From assembly GCA_002633005.1 (NCBI GenBank), contig NMRA01000865.1, forward strand, positions 67,328 through 114,412: DNA of 47,085 bases. Direction: 5' to 3'. The notes beneath the pieces were generated by a model. The model did not search any database and was not told where the DNA came from. It saw only the letters and a program-made list of their open reading frames with translations. Shown piece by piece: positions 36,303 to 47,085 of this stretch (positions are counted from its first letter, which is position 1; each line of letters starts with the position of its first letter). The position numbers and the translations under genes were made by a program. The stretch comes from Phoronis australis (lineage: Eukaryota; Animalia; Phoronida).

Positions 36303-37487
36303 ATGGCAATGGAAGTGTGGATAACAAAAGTCCTGGTCCTGTGTGCGCTCTTCGTTGTTACGTTCGGCTTCAGCTTGATACCCGTCAAGTTCATAAGCGT
36401 CATAAAAAACACAACCGACAGCAACAAGCAGCATAGATATCATACAGCAATCAGTTTTTGCTCATGTTTCGCGGGTGGCGTGTTTCTTGCTACCTGTTTT
36501 CTTGATTTGTTTCCCCATGTGCGAGAGCAAGTCAATGAAGCATTTGATCAGTACCAAGTGGTGACGTCATTCCCGTTTGCGGAATTCGTAATGGTATTTG
36601 GACTGTTCCTAATATTACTCATTGAACAACTCGTCTTATACGCGAAAGAACACCAGGGCAGTGGTGAAGCAGAGAAGGAACCCTTATTGCCAAGTGCGAG
36701 TAGAGCGTCCTCAAGAAAGAGTTCCATTGCATCATTATCGTATCAGTCTGACCGCGCTCTCTCCGTTGGAATCTGTGATCGACCAATCATACACCAGGAG
36801 AAACCTTCACGCCCGGTCTCTCCTGACTTAGATCAAGATTTAACTCTAGCCGAATCCAACTTAGACGTTGTGATCTCAGAGGAACACCACCGCGGTCACC
36901 ATGTCCACGGACACCATGACCACGGGCACAGCCATTTACATGATGACTTCTCAGTTCATGCAGATCTGAGTTCTCACTCGGTTATCCGATCTATGTTGCT
37001 TCTGTTGGCCCTGTCATTCCATTCTGTCTTTGAAGGACTTGCTCTTGGACTCCAAAAAACGACAGAAGGTGTTGTTAATATTTTTACCGCTCTGGTCATC
37101 CATAAAGCAATCTTGGCTTTTAGCTTAGGCATCAATTTAGTGCAGAGCCGACTTAGTTTTTGGGCAACCATTCGGTCAAACGTCTTATTTGCTGTTACTT
37201 CTCCCATAGGGATAGGAATTGGCATATTAGTTCTAGACGCAGCTAATTCAAAATCAACCAACTTGGCTAGTGGTATATTACAAGGTATTGCCTGCGGAAC
37301 TTTTCTCTATGTTACGTTTTTTGAGGTCCTACCTCATGAGTTTAATAACGAGGAGCACAGGCTCCTCAAAGTTCTGTTTTTAGTCGTAGGCTTCGGTATT
37401 ATGGTAGGTATTATGTTTATACATTCTGAAACGAATGACGAGCCGCATCATCACGTCATTAATACCAAAACTACTGTTGGTTTCTAA
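36303..37487 (+). CDS. ZIP-family (SLC39A1/2/3-like, subfamily II) zinc transporter, 394 aa, single coding exon
   Basis: FAGGVFLATCFLDLFPH, FPFAEF, His-rich loop HHRGHHVHGHHDHGHSH, TM4 LSFHSVFEGLALG, TM5 HKAILAF, GTFLYVTFFEVLPHE. A likely 5'-UTR splice acceptor ctttgcatttcag ends at 36251. Confidence 0.96.
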   Translation: MAMEVWITKVLVLCALFVVTFGFSLIPVKFISVIKNTTDSNKQHRYHTAISFCSCFAGGVFLATCFLDLFPHVREQVNEAFDQYQVVTSFPFAEFVMVFGLFLILLIEQLVLYAKEHQGSGEAEKEPLLPSASRASSRKSSIASLSYQSDRALSVGICDRPIIHQEKPSRPVSPDLDQDLTLAESNLDVVISEEHHRGHHVHGHHDHGHSHLHDDFSVHADLSSHSVIRSMLLLLALSFHSVFEGLALGLQKTTEGVVNIFTALVIHKAILAFSLGINLVQSRLSFWATIRSNVLFAVTSPIGIGIGILVLDAANSKSTNLASGILQGIACGTFLYVTFFEVLPHEFNNEEHRLLKVLFLVVGFGIMVGIMFIHSETNDEPHHHVINTKTTVGF

Positions 37488-40400
37488 AACACTGGGTATT
37501 GATTTACAATGTTAAGTGGCAATTTTATTTGTGTCGGACGTACAATCAAAGAACATTTTGATCAATTTAGAAAAAATTATCAGAAAATGTTTAATATGTT
37601 ATAGAGGCATGGAATGGGAAAGCTCGTAAAAACATCTTTTAAACAATTTCTGATCAATGTACTATCTGGCAACGTTTAGTACAGAGTAATTCACTTTCCT
37701 CTGTGAGGAAATTTCCAGAAAAAAATTACAAAATTCACGTTTTTATATGCGCGGGAAGGAAAAAATCTGTGGTTACCACTAAAATTTCTAATATCTCCCA
37801 TTTATGATAAATGCGCTCAGTCAAGAGTCGCTTGAGGTCAAAGGTCACATTCTCCATACATAAGAGAAACGTGCTACGTCTATGTCTTGCCCTACCAAAT
37901 AAGGAGACGTGCTTTTGCCTCGTGCGAGAAAAATCGACGAAGTGTCGAGCGGTTCACTGGTCGTTTTATGGAAAGTTGAAACTAAAAGAAAATGCTTTGA
38001 TATCAACAGAAATTAGAAATCTTTACAAACAAACCCTGAAAAATACCTGGTGAACAGGTTGAATTCTATTTCTGTGGCAGAGAACCACCAGTTTCAATAT
38101 TGCAATTTAGTCTGTTTATTACATTCCAGGCCTCTTTAAGTTTCATTGGCAGCTTCAAAGCATGCATCCGCTTTTGTCTCATCATTTTTTGCCTGACTGG
38201 AAAAATTGCCTTTGAAGGGGTTCCATGAACGTGTGCAGAGATTTTGAATTTTTGAAAAGTAATTTTCAATATTAATTTTCTGTGAATTGAGAGAGTTGCA
38301 TTTTTGTTGGATACGAAGATTTAGTGCAATGGTTGGAAGGTATAACACATTTTTAATGATACCTTTTATTAGGAAGTTTTAGTCTGTCAGCTCGATGTAA
38401 ATTGAGTTAATGTGACAGACGTACGTGACGGACGTACGCTCTGAATTTTTAGTATTAAACTTTTTTTGGCAAAGATATCAATTCAGAATTATTCAAACTT
38501 CAATATTTAAGCTATATTGGTCTTTCAACTAATTCAAAATTAAATTAGTGCAATAAAGTGTACATTCTTTTTTATTAAAGATATAAAACAATCTCTTAAA
38601 ATCCTCAAATTGAAAGATGGTAAACAACATGGGTGAGAATGAAAGTGATAATTGTATTTGACGACACCTGACCTGATGTTGGCATAAGAAAACTGCATTT
38701 TCGTTAAGCAGAATACAATTTCGAAAGTAGTAAGTAAACGTTGCTATCCTGAACATAACACTTGAAGTAGTAGTTGACTGTCAATGTAAGAAAATGGATT
38801 TTAATTATTTGTTTTTTAAATTAGGACTCGCCTTAAGTTTGAACAGAGTTATTGTCTGGGGCATGCCGCTGGTGGCTCTGATGCATGCCCATGTTAGTAA
38901 TAAAGATGTTGTTTTAAAAGTATTAGCATCAGAGCTTCAGTATCTTTCTATAACAACGTGTTAAGTACGCAAGTGGTTCAGCAAGGTTAAATTGACAGTA
39001 TTCATTTTTTGATTCAAGACAGAGGTGCTGTCTTGCACTGTTAAGGAAGTCATTTAGGAATATGATTTCGGAATATGTGGAAATAATAAAATGATCAGAT
39101 GCTGGTACTTGTTGGTGATGAACTTTTCATTCAGATATTTAACACATGGTTTCATTTCGATTTTAAAGAGATACTTTGAATTAAGTCGCATCACGATTCA
39201 TGCAGGTACAATCGTGAATTTCTAGATGCGCAATGGCCTTTTTCGACTTTCAGTGACAATCCTAGCATTGCCTCCAACAACTCCCCTCTTGTTTTTAAGC
39301 GTTTACTTGTTTAGCAGACCTTGTAAAAAGGTTTCAAAGTTTGCTCCAAAAGTTTGAGGGTTGTCGGGCGGGTACAAAGCTCTATTTTGCTTCAGAGCAT
39401 TGGATGGGAAAATCGTTTTCAATATATTTAATTGGCCGAAACCGGGTTCGGTATCCTTTTAAGACAGAAACACTTTCCTATTTCACAAATGTTGAATAAA
39501 GGTTTAGTCTAAGTCTCTCTGGGATCTAAAATTTTTGCTTGCAAGTGTATTGAGTAACAACTCGTTACATAGTAAACTGATGTCGAGAGTATTCTAAACA
39601 CGATCGTTTTCTGCATGATTCCAAGTTTAAGCAGCGCTTAAACCAGTATTTGGTTTAACATTTTCAGGGCTTTAAGTTTGTAAAATGTTTGACTTTTTAT
39701 GGAACTTCAATTTCATTCAAAACAATTCAATCCTCAGTTTTTAGCAAGCTACATGTAGTCACAGAAAATAGGCTTTTCATGTTTGTGCACAATTTATATT
39801 TGTCATTTCCTCTGTATCCTCCTCACTCAAATGCGGGGCATCAAGTTTCAGTTCAGTTGTCTTCAGATTTCTAGAAAACCCAGAAAAGATACATTTAGAC
39901 CTTATTCACGCAGTCGCCATTTTAGTAGTGAGCCTCTTTTAGGTTTAAAAACAATTCATTTGAGACATAAATATAACGAGACACGCAAAAATCACCCTTT
40001 GCGCTGTGATTAAGAGCGGAATACATTGTTTTTAAAATCTAAAAAGGACGCACTTTTCAAATGGCGACTGCGTGAATACAGTGAACTCATATGCTGCTTG
40101 AGTCAGTCGTACGAGGTTGATTTTCTTGTAGCGAATGTTGGACAGTGATTTGTGAAATATATTGTGCAAAAACAAGTGAACCACCCAGTATTATTTCGAT
40201 GAGGCTGTGATGTGTATCGCAAAGTATTTACGTGCAAATGTGTATTGCTACATGTATGTCAGTCTGCACCAGAGAACACGCAAAAACACCGAAAAATACT
40301 GTCGATCATACAAGGTCCAATCACCACCCTTCAAAACCGGAGAGTTGAAATATCATATATGTTCGAAAAAGTTGTGCTCTATAGCAACTGTCTACAACAT

Positions 40401-42756
40401 TTACACCTGTTGACACCATGCTGCATACCAATGAAAAACTAATATTCAGGTAACATGAAGTGTTTTTAAAATTGCTATTTTGCCACTTTATTGTTCATCC
40501 AGGTCATTGCAAAGTGCCACCAGATTACCACTCACTTCAGCGCCAACCCTCTCCCTCCGTCACCAACTTTATGTTTGCTCCCCTCCTCCTCTGTTGAATA
40601 TTTCTGGCTATGCCACGACAAAAAACGACTTTTAATGAGTTGCTATCTCTAGGACTACGCACCGCGGTTTTATTGGAGCAGTCAAAGAGAGACAAGGAGA
40701 GAAGAAAGATACGTTACACATACATTCCACAATCCGGAATAACACGCAAAACTAATAATAGTAATAATTGAAACAGAAACACTTACTCACGACAAGCAAT
40801 TAAGCTATATGGGCTTAGTGTTTATGTCAACCAGTGCCTTTCTGCTCACGACGACTATTTTCTTAGCTTACACACTAGATGTCGCGTGAACTCGGGATAC
40901 AAGTTGATTCTAAGTACACTCAAAGAAGCCTCTCTACGGTATTTACTCCACTCTCTATTCACGCGCGACAAATCTACCAGATCTGCCGATATAGTCCGAT
41001 CTTTATTTGGGTAAAGTTATAACACACCAAGTTTCAGTGCAGAGCTGGTAGGTTATGGACTTTGTAACACGTTAAAACAGTCCAAGGCAAAGTACACTCG
41101 TGTTTAATGATGAATAGAAGCCAGCAACTTTTATGTAGTTGTCTTTCAAATTTTGTATATTATAAGTACGTTATTGGTTTTTCGGCCGAATAACCAGTTT
41201 TGCGATTTTTTTTTTCAAAAATAAAATAATTGATCAGTGCATTTAAATGACAAGGATAGGCTGCGCATTTTTATTCTTTTTTAAATATTCACCGTGAACA
41301 GATCGGTTATGAAAATGCAACTATTAGTAGAACTGAGAAACGCACAGGATCCTTTCTGTACCGCTTAACCTAATTTCATGCAAAAAATTACAAGCCACGG
41401 ACCGTAAAGTATGCGTGCAATAATACTTTTGTAAGAAAAAAACGAGAAGAAATCTTTGAAAGTGGAAAAGCAAACGATTTATTACCGGTAAACAAAATGC
41501 ATTTTTATTCAGGTCTATATTTTTATCTACAGACCAGCCTACTTGCGTTAGGGCGAGGGGAAAATAAGTCTAAGTCTGCTTAAAATCTTATTTATGGTGG
41601 AATTCTATTGTAATATTTCTTGCATGGTTTGCTGAGAGACTAGTTTCTAACTCACCAAACAAGTACGTTGAGACAGAATTGTGCATAAATGAATTAATTT
41701 ACCATAATAAAAAACAGTTGGTGTAAAATAAGGCGAACATAACAGGGACAAAAATAATCCTAAGTCTGGGATTTAATTCAGTGAGCAGGGAAGATGCTTT
41801 TAGCACTTTGTTTTCGTTAAATTTCTTGGTACGAGAAAACACCGTCATAACAAGTTTGATGGATGGCCAGTGATAATGTTAAGCTCCTTAGTGTGTTGTT
41901 TGTGTAATAATCTGCAGCTGATGGGACTATACGACCCTGTTATGTTTTTAAAAAAGTTGATTAGTTGATTGCCACTGCAGTACACGACGACACCAATTTT
42001 GGTAACTAAATAGTAAGTTATTTCCATTGGTCAATTAGATGAAAAATTGTTCGCTGAATATTAACAACATCCCACCATCATCCCACGTGACGTTGCTCCA
42101 TGGAGTACCATTTTTAAATTTATTGCAAATTCATAGTTAGCGATTAGATTTAAAGGGTTTTACTTAAGTTCCTGTATTTAGCATTCAAAATTTTTTATTG
42201 CACATTTCTAGAAATTGTTTCGTACTTCTTTAAATAACATGTTATTTTCTAAATAGTTCGCTATTTATAAATACCTCGCCAGTCTCAAAATAGCATTACG
42301 GACCAGAGCTTCCCCTGTGGTGCTTTTGTTTGCCATCTTCTGACTGTGTATTACATTTTTGTAATTTTTCTGTTTATTTTATCTTTTTCCATTGTACTCT
42401 TTTCTCTTATTCATCGTCATAAAAATGAATTTTTATCGTCTACGTGCTCCTTGTTTTAATATTTGTGACCGTGGCTTCTTCGTGAACCCACCTGGGTTTC
42501 CTATTTTTCCATGACACACGAGTCACTCAAACATAAATGGTATTTCGCTTGTTACATATGTATATGTGAGCAGATGAACTACCGTTTCCTTTTTATTCTC
42601 TAGTGCCAATCAACCATTCATCCCATGTCATGGGCTGATCAATTCACATTTTGAACTTTTCTGCTTCCATATCCGTTCTTCCTTTTAATTGTATTCTTAC
42701 CACACGATCCCTTTGTTTGCCCTCTCGCCGCACGACAGCTACTAAACTAAATCCAG

Positions 42757-42907
42757 GCGTGCGTTCAGTAGACGCTAGAACCTACGTTAGGACCTAGCTA
42801 AAACCTAATCAAAGTCAAGCGTTCTTATTTAAAATGCACGGCGATATCTCACGTAATCTCGCGAAGTCTTGCTTTTTAGCGAGGTCCTAGTGTTACTGAA
42901 CGGGAAG
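42757..42907. mobile_element. Reverse-complement copy of the 1060..1210 MITE
   Basis: Aligns end to end with 1060..1210 in inverted orientation. CAG on both flanks (42754..42756 and 42908..42910). Confidence 0.85.
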
Positions 42908-43203
42908 CAGATCTCCTTTATCCCTTCTCAGCTGATATGCATTCTCAATTTTTTCTCGCAAATTATTATCCTTCCCATTCCCACCTCTAATTTTACCTCA
43001 ATATCCTATTACTCTATGCATTTTTTTGCCTTTTTGTGTATTTTTGTATATTTTGTTTAATGGTAACCTGGCGCTTTTGACCGCTCATCTTCCCAGTCTA
43101 TACCATTTTTTGTGATTTTCTATTGTACTTCTTTATCTTACTCATACTCATAATGAATGACCTTTTATCTTATTATATTTTCTGAGAACGTAAAATGTTT
43201 TAT

Positions 43204-43421
43204 TTCAAATGACTTATTCTTATTGAAATGTCATAGGCAAGACATTCAATTTCGAGCCTCCAACGTGGGTCCGCCACCTGAAGAGCGGGCGCACCTATAT
43301 AAATAGTGATTCCCCCTGCTCTTCAGCTGCTGTCAGGCGGAGCTTCTTATCGGTAACCCCCCTTTTGACACCCAAAATTGAATTTCTTACCTATGACATT
43401 TCTGTAAGAATAAATCATTTA
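43204..43421. mobile_element. Foldback/MITE with ~50-bp arms upstream of the copy C promoter
   Basis: AAATGACTTATTCTTATTGAAATGTCATAGGCAAGACATTCAATTT / AAATTGAATTTCTTACCTATGACATTTCTGTAAGAATAAATCATTT. Confidence 0.75.
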
Positions 43422-43580
43422 AAAGAATGAGCTGTTATTGGTTAATTCGTGGACCTAGTTCGGAGTCAGTCGAACGTGAATTTGGTAGCACTAAATAGAT
43501 TTTTGAGTCAAGGTTTAATTTAACTACCCCAATTTCATTAGAAATTGGCGAAACTCAGTGTTTACTAATATCTACCTCCG

Positions 43581-43976
43581 TCATCCAAGTTAGTGAAGGA
43601 GGAAACGCTCAAGCGTAGTAAAAACACCCCCATACAGCACGGTGCACTGCAAACGAAGGAACATTTTGTGTTGCTTTGCTCACACGTAACTCAAGTAAGC
43701 CTTACATTCTAATGGAGTGAGAGAGAAACTATTAGGACACCAATTTGGAACATTTAGTGTAGTATGAGACATATGAAGTCAAATGTGCGGAATTGACTAA
43801 AACCACCTCCGCAAATAGGTGACGTAACGTACCTTATCCAGTTAGCATAACTTACTGTAAAAATAAAAAAAACGTTTCAACCAATCACGTCCCGTCATTG
43901 TTTGCGTGTTCATTATAAATAGCTTGAGAAATAATACATTGCGTCTCCGTGATCGAGTCGTCTTTGGTGGCAAATC
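43581..43976 (+). promoter_or_regulatory. Putative proximal promoter and 5' UTR of copy C
   Basis: Collinear with 7011..7373. TATAAATA at 43914..43921 and CCAATCACGT at 43881..43890. Confidence 0.5.
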
Positions 43977-43997
43977 ATGTTCGTGTGGGCAATATTG
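43977..43997 (+). CDS. Exon 1 (MFVWAIL) of paralogous cystine-knot gene copy C; the rest presumably lies beyond the window
   Basis: aaatcATGTTCGTGTGGGCAATATTG|gtaagt lies within a block (about 43581..44430) collinear with about 7011..7735. No exon-2 homologue is seen before 47085. Confidence 0.65.
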
Positions 43998-44177
43998 GTA
44001 AGTTTGTGATAACACAGTAATACTTTTTGCAGTTGGAATGGTATTAATCGTTGTAACAAAGTGAGGAAGATTTTCAAAGGAGAAGTCAAAAACAACTAAA
44101 ATAAAAAACAGCCAATGTCCCAGCCAGATTGAACGTTTTCTATAATCGGTATCATCAAAAGCTTCATTATAAGTATA

Positions 44178-44266
44178 TTTATTTATTATTTTATTTTTTA
44201 TTTATTGTTATATTTAAAATGAGGGTGACCTCTTCAGTGACAGTACTGCTTTCCCAGAGGGCCCTC
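44178..44266 (-). mobile_element. Extremely 5'-truncated LINE/SINE 3' tail in intron 1 of copy C
   Basis: Minus strand GAGGGCCCTCTGGGAAAGCAG...GGTCACCCTC followed by an (AATA)-rich tail. Absent from the paralogous position near 7575. Confidence 0.65.
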
Positions 44267-44367
44267 AAAACATATGGAATGCTAATATATTTAGTGTGGA
44301 TGCCTTCAAGCCGAAATGCATCTTGCTGCTCAACGAGAAAATTTAACAGTTCTACATAAATCAGCAG

Positions 44368-44423
44368 TAGCGCGGAATCGAACCCATGAACTCTGCATTA
44401 GTAGCCGTTGAGCTAGGTCCCAA
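44368..44423 (-). other. tRNA-derived (SINE-head-like) sequence with A and B boxes; degenerate paralogue at about 7670..7727
   Basis: Minus strand GGGACCTAGCTCAACGG...GGGTTCGATTCCGCGC. No complete cloverleaf. Other tRNA-like heads occur on the minus strand at about 13290..13345 and 33980..34045. Confidence 0.55.
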
Positions 44424-45218
44424 TGCAGTAACGATCCTAAATACTTAAAATCTCAGTTTCCAACCATTCAGAGTATGGGTCGCTGGAAGTCCGACGATCT
44501 CAGGAACTGCATTGGTCTCCCATCCCTACACTTCCCGTTACTAACGTTAACATTCACACGTTACCTTAACCCTCCGTCTCTCATATGAGCAGCTATATTG
44601 CCAGTGCTCAACTTTATCACACTTTTTCTCATCAACAGGGCAACTCTTTTGCCCGTGTACAGTTCCACTCACAAACTTCACCTTTCATCAAAGGGCCAGT
44701 GTGCATCTCAATACCTATTTTCATGTCATGGGCAACTGTGTTGGCAGCGTTCAGTGTCACCCACCAACATTTTCTGTATTGACTGTCCTTTTCACTCACC
44801 AACATTTTCCACTCTAGGGCACCTGACAGTGTATTGCCAGTATCTTGTTTCACTCATCCCGATTTTGAATCATAAGACCAACTATATTGCCAGTGTCCAG
44901 GCTACTTTTCATCACCGCTCTACCTCTAAACTTCTCACTCCGGGACAATTATCGATCTCAGTCTTTGTTACACGTGTTGTTGGTTAACTTCCTAGTCTAT
45001 CGATTGTAATTCTCTCCATGTTAAAAGTTTTACCATGGATTCTAGATGTTTCCATTTAACATTACCTCAGTTCGATGTTTCCTTGTCTGTAAGTATTTCT
45101 GAGTACACGGATAATTATTTCTGTATGCATGTTTTTACTTATGTGGCATACAGTGTAAGTCGCCTTATGTATATTCCTTGCTTATTACCACTCCTTGTTA
45201 GTTTTGTAGTCCTCTTAA

Positions 45219-46488
45219 AGGCGAAGGCAACCTTTTTTCACGTCATTTTTAGCAAAAATAAGGTTCGTTGATTATCCCAGACATATTTTACACTTATTTA
45301 CTGCTTTTCGTAATTTAATTAATTACTCGTCGTCTACTCCGGAAGTGACGTTTTGGGAGGCAAGAATTTCGCGCCAATTTCTTTTCATATAGTCTGACTC
45401 TGAGAGCAGTCGTGTCAGTCATTGTTCTACCTCGGTTGTGATAAGTTCGGTCGTCGTTTGCTTTTGCTTACGAGTCAGTCAACATGCCACGCTGTTGCTA
45501 CGTACTGGGGTGTACTCATTATCGTCTCACGTACAGAGGAAGAACTGTCCCACTTGCCCGAGTGTCCCGCGACACACTCCCACTGGAGGATGATCTGAGC
45601 ACAAAAACTGCTTACATCCCGCCGTGTGACTCCCGTGCCACACACCTGGCACCTTCCAAATAGCTCCAAAACAAGTCCACAATAAACTTATCAAACTTAG
45701 GCTCACCGATCTGTTCATTGGATGACGAACTGTCCTCTTCACTGGGTGTCGAACTGGGCCTGTATTCACTCCCACTACTCAACATCGCTGCAGGGCTGCT
45801 TACAGGCTCTGGGCTAGAGACAACAGCACAGGGCGAATCAATGCTAGTTCCCGGAATTGCACGCAATGGNTTCACTCCCACTACTCAACATCGCTGCAGG
45901 GCTGCTTACAGGCTCTGGGCTAGAGACAACAGCACAGGGCGAATCAATGCTAGTTCCCGGAATTGCACGCAATGGGGTACGTTCGGAGGCACGGGTAACA
46001 GTAGATGAAGTGCCTCCAGTCACTGTATATAGTGGCCACAGCTCGCGAGGCTTCTCGCTTCAAAAACGCACTCCTCAGGGTTGGTGACGGGGCACTGCCG
46101 GGAATCAACAGCAACTGTATGGTACCCTTCTTCAGGCGTTGTTTCGCAGGGACCTTCATCATTTCAGCGTACATATCTGTCATAATCTGACGGCAGAAAA
46201 TGCTTGCCACACATTCGGTAACCCTCCATTGCTTTGTACGTTGCGTAGACGGGTAACGCTGCATTCTTCTTCACATGAAAGAGCTAACCAAGTACGGCGA
46301 AGTGTGTCATCCTTCGGAAAGCGACGCAAGGTACCCAAAGCGCGTGTGAGACGATAATGAGTACATCCCGGCACACAGCAACAGCGTGGCAAGTTGACTG
46401 ACTTGTAAACAAAAGCAAACGACGACCGAACTTATCACAAACGAGGTAGACCAATGACTGATTCGACAGCTCTCACAGTCAGACTATA
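45219..46488 (-). mobile_element. Rearranged Kolobok-like THAP transposase remnant with a 143-bp inverted repeat
   Basis: Left end TTAA|AGGCGAAGGCAACC. Minus strand: PRCCCVPGC..RRFPKDDTLRRTW..CGKHF..RLKKGTI..RSAFLKRE..KFIV..ELFGRCQVCG..WECVAGHSGKWDSS, with frameshifts. No matching right terminus was found. Confidence 0.75.
45765..45975. other. Assembly-gap artefact: identical 105-bp sequence on both sides of a single N
   Basis: 45765..45869 is identical to 45871..45975, with N at 45870. Confidence 0.9.
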
Positions 46489-47085
46489 ATCAAGGAGTGT
46501 ACTAGTACAGGAGATTTCACTCCGCCATTTTACCATTCGCCACAATGGTTAGCGGTCGAAACACTAGCGCCCCAAGCGGTGAATAATCAACACTTAGGAG
46601 CGCAATCCGAACAATGTAAACACTGATAAATTCATACTTCAATGACATTCAGCGTGCAATAAAACTAATGTGTGATTGAAATTGGTTAGAATACATAAAC
46701 TAACATCCACTTACAATAGAATGAGAAAGAAAATGTGTATTTTAATCAATATTAAAGTGTATTTGTTTTTATTTTCTTGAAGCTCCCTTCAAAATCCATC
46801 ATGGTTTTGTTTCATGTTTGAGTTCTTAAAACGGCAATTATCGTTCCTTATAACAGTTCATACCTCCATGGACTACATAATTTAGTTAAGTCGTGAGTTT
46901 GGCTTTTGTTCGAACAACTACAACACTCCGTTCATGTCGTTTATTCCAATGATGGCGGACGATCGTGTCGCCCTCAAACGTATACAGAGTGAGGCTCTCA
47001 ACATCCCCTTTCCTTAAAAAAATTCTTATGTATAGAAAGTCACCTAAAATTCTACGCGTACTTAAAACACTAAGAATTCTACATT

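Noticed and set aside
44368-44423. Possible tRNA gene (also 13290..13345, 33980..34045 and the split head at 1040..1668)
   Set aside because: A/B-box-like motifs are present, but I could not fold a full cloverleaf, so these are treated as SINE-like heads.
43581-44430. First read as a long dispersed SINE/TE shared with 7011..7735
   Set aside because: The conserved TATA, ATG and GTAAGT donor, and the in-frame join to exon 2, are better explained by a paralogous gene 5' end.
45765-45975. Perfect 105-bp tandem duplication
   Set aside because: It is centred on a single N, which is typical of an unmerged contig overlap.

Overview
AT-rich, intron-containing eukaryotic DNA that looks like a marine invertebrate (bilaterian); the species cannot be determined. 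Most of the supplied ORF track is noise. Two kinds of host gene can be supported. (1) A ZIP1/2/3-type (SLC39A) zinc transporter with an uninterrupted CDS at 36303..37487 (+). (2) A gene family that the ORF track does not show. Splicing 7374..7394 + 8009..8430 + 15834..15984 (+; GT-AG introns, phases 0 and 2) gives a 197-aa secreted protein with a signal peptide, a Thr-rich mucin-like repeat, a KRKR basic site and a C-terminal neurotrophin/Spaetzle-like cystine-knot domain with 7 Cys. A paralogous last exon lies at 4889..5039 and a paralogous promoter plus exon 1 at about 43580..44430, so there is a tandem cluster of at least three copies with the ZIP gene inside it. The rest is a dense, nested set of transposable elements, most with readable TIRs and TSDs. 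These include a DIRS/Ngaro tyrosine-recombinase retroelement fragment, an IS3EU-like transposase behind a 21-bp palindromic array, and Kolobok-like THAP elements (TTAA). There are also hAT-like MITEs with 5-bp TSDs, Harbinger-like MITEs (TTA/CAG), a 9-bp-TSD foldback, a 35-bp P-like micro-element, tRNA-derived SINE heads, an RTE-derived element and a Helentron-associated-type repeat. A 1.3-kb local duplication and an assembly-gap artefact at 45870 are also present. TE superfamily labels rest on termini, TSDs and motifs recognised by eye, not on database searches.
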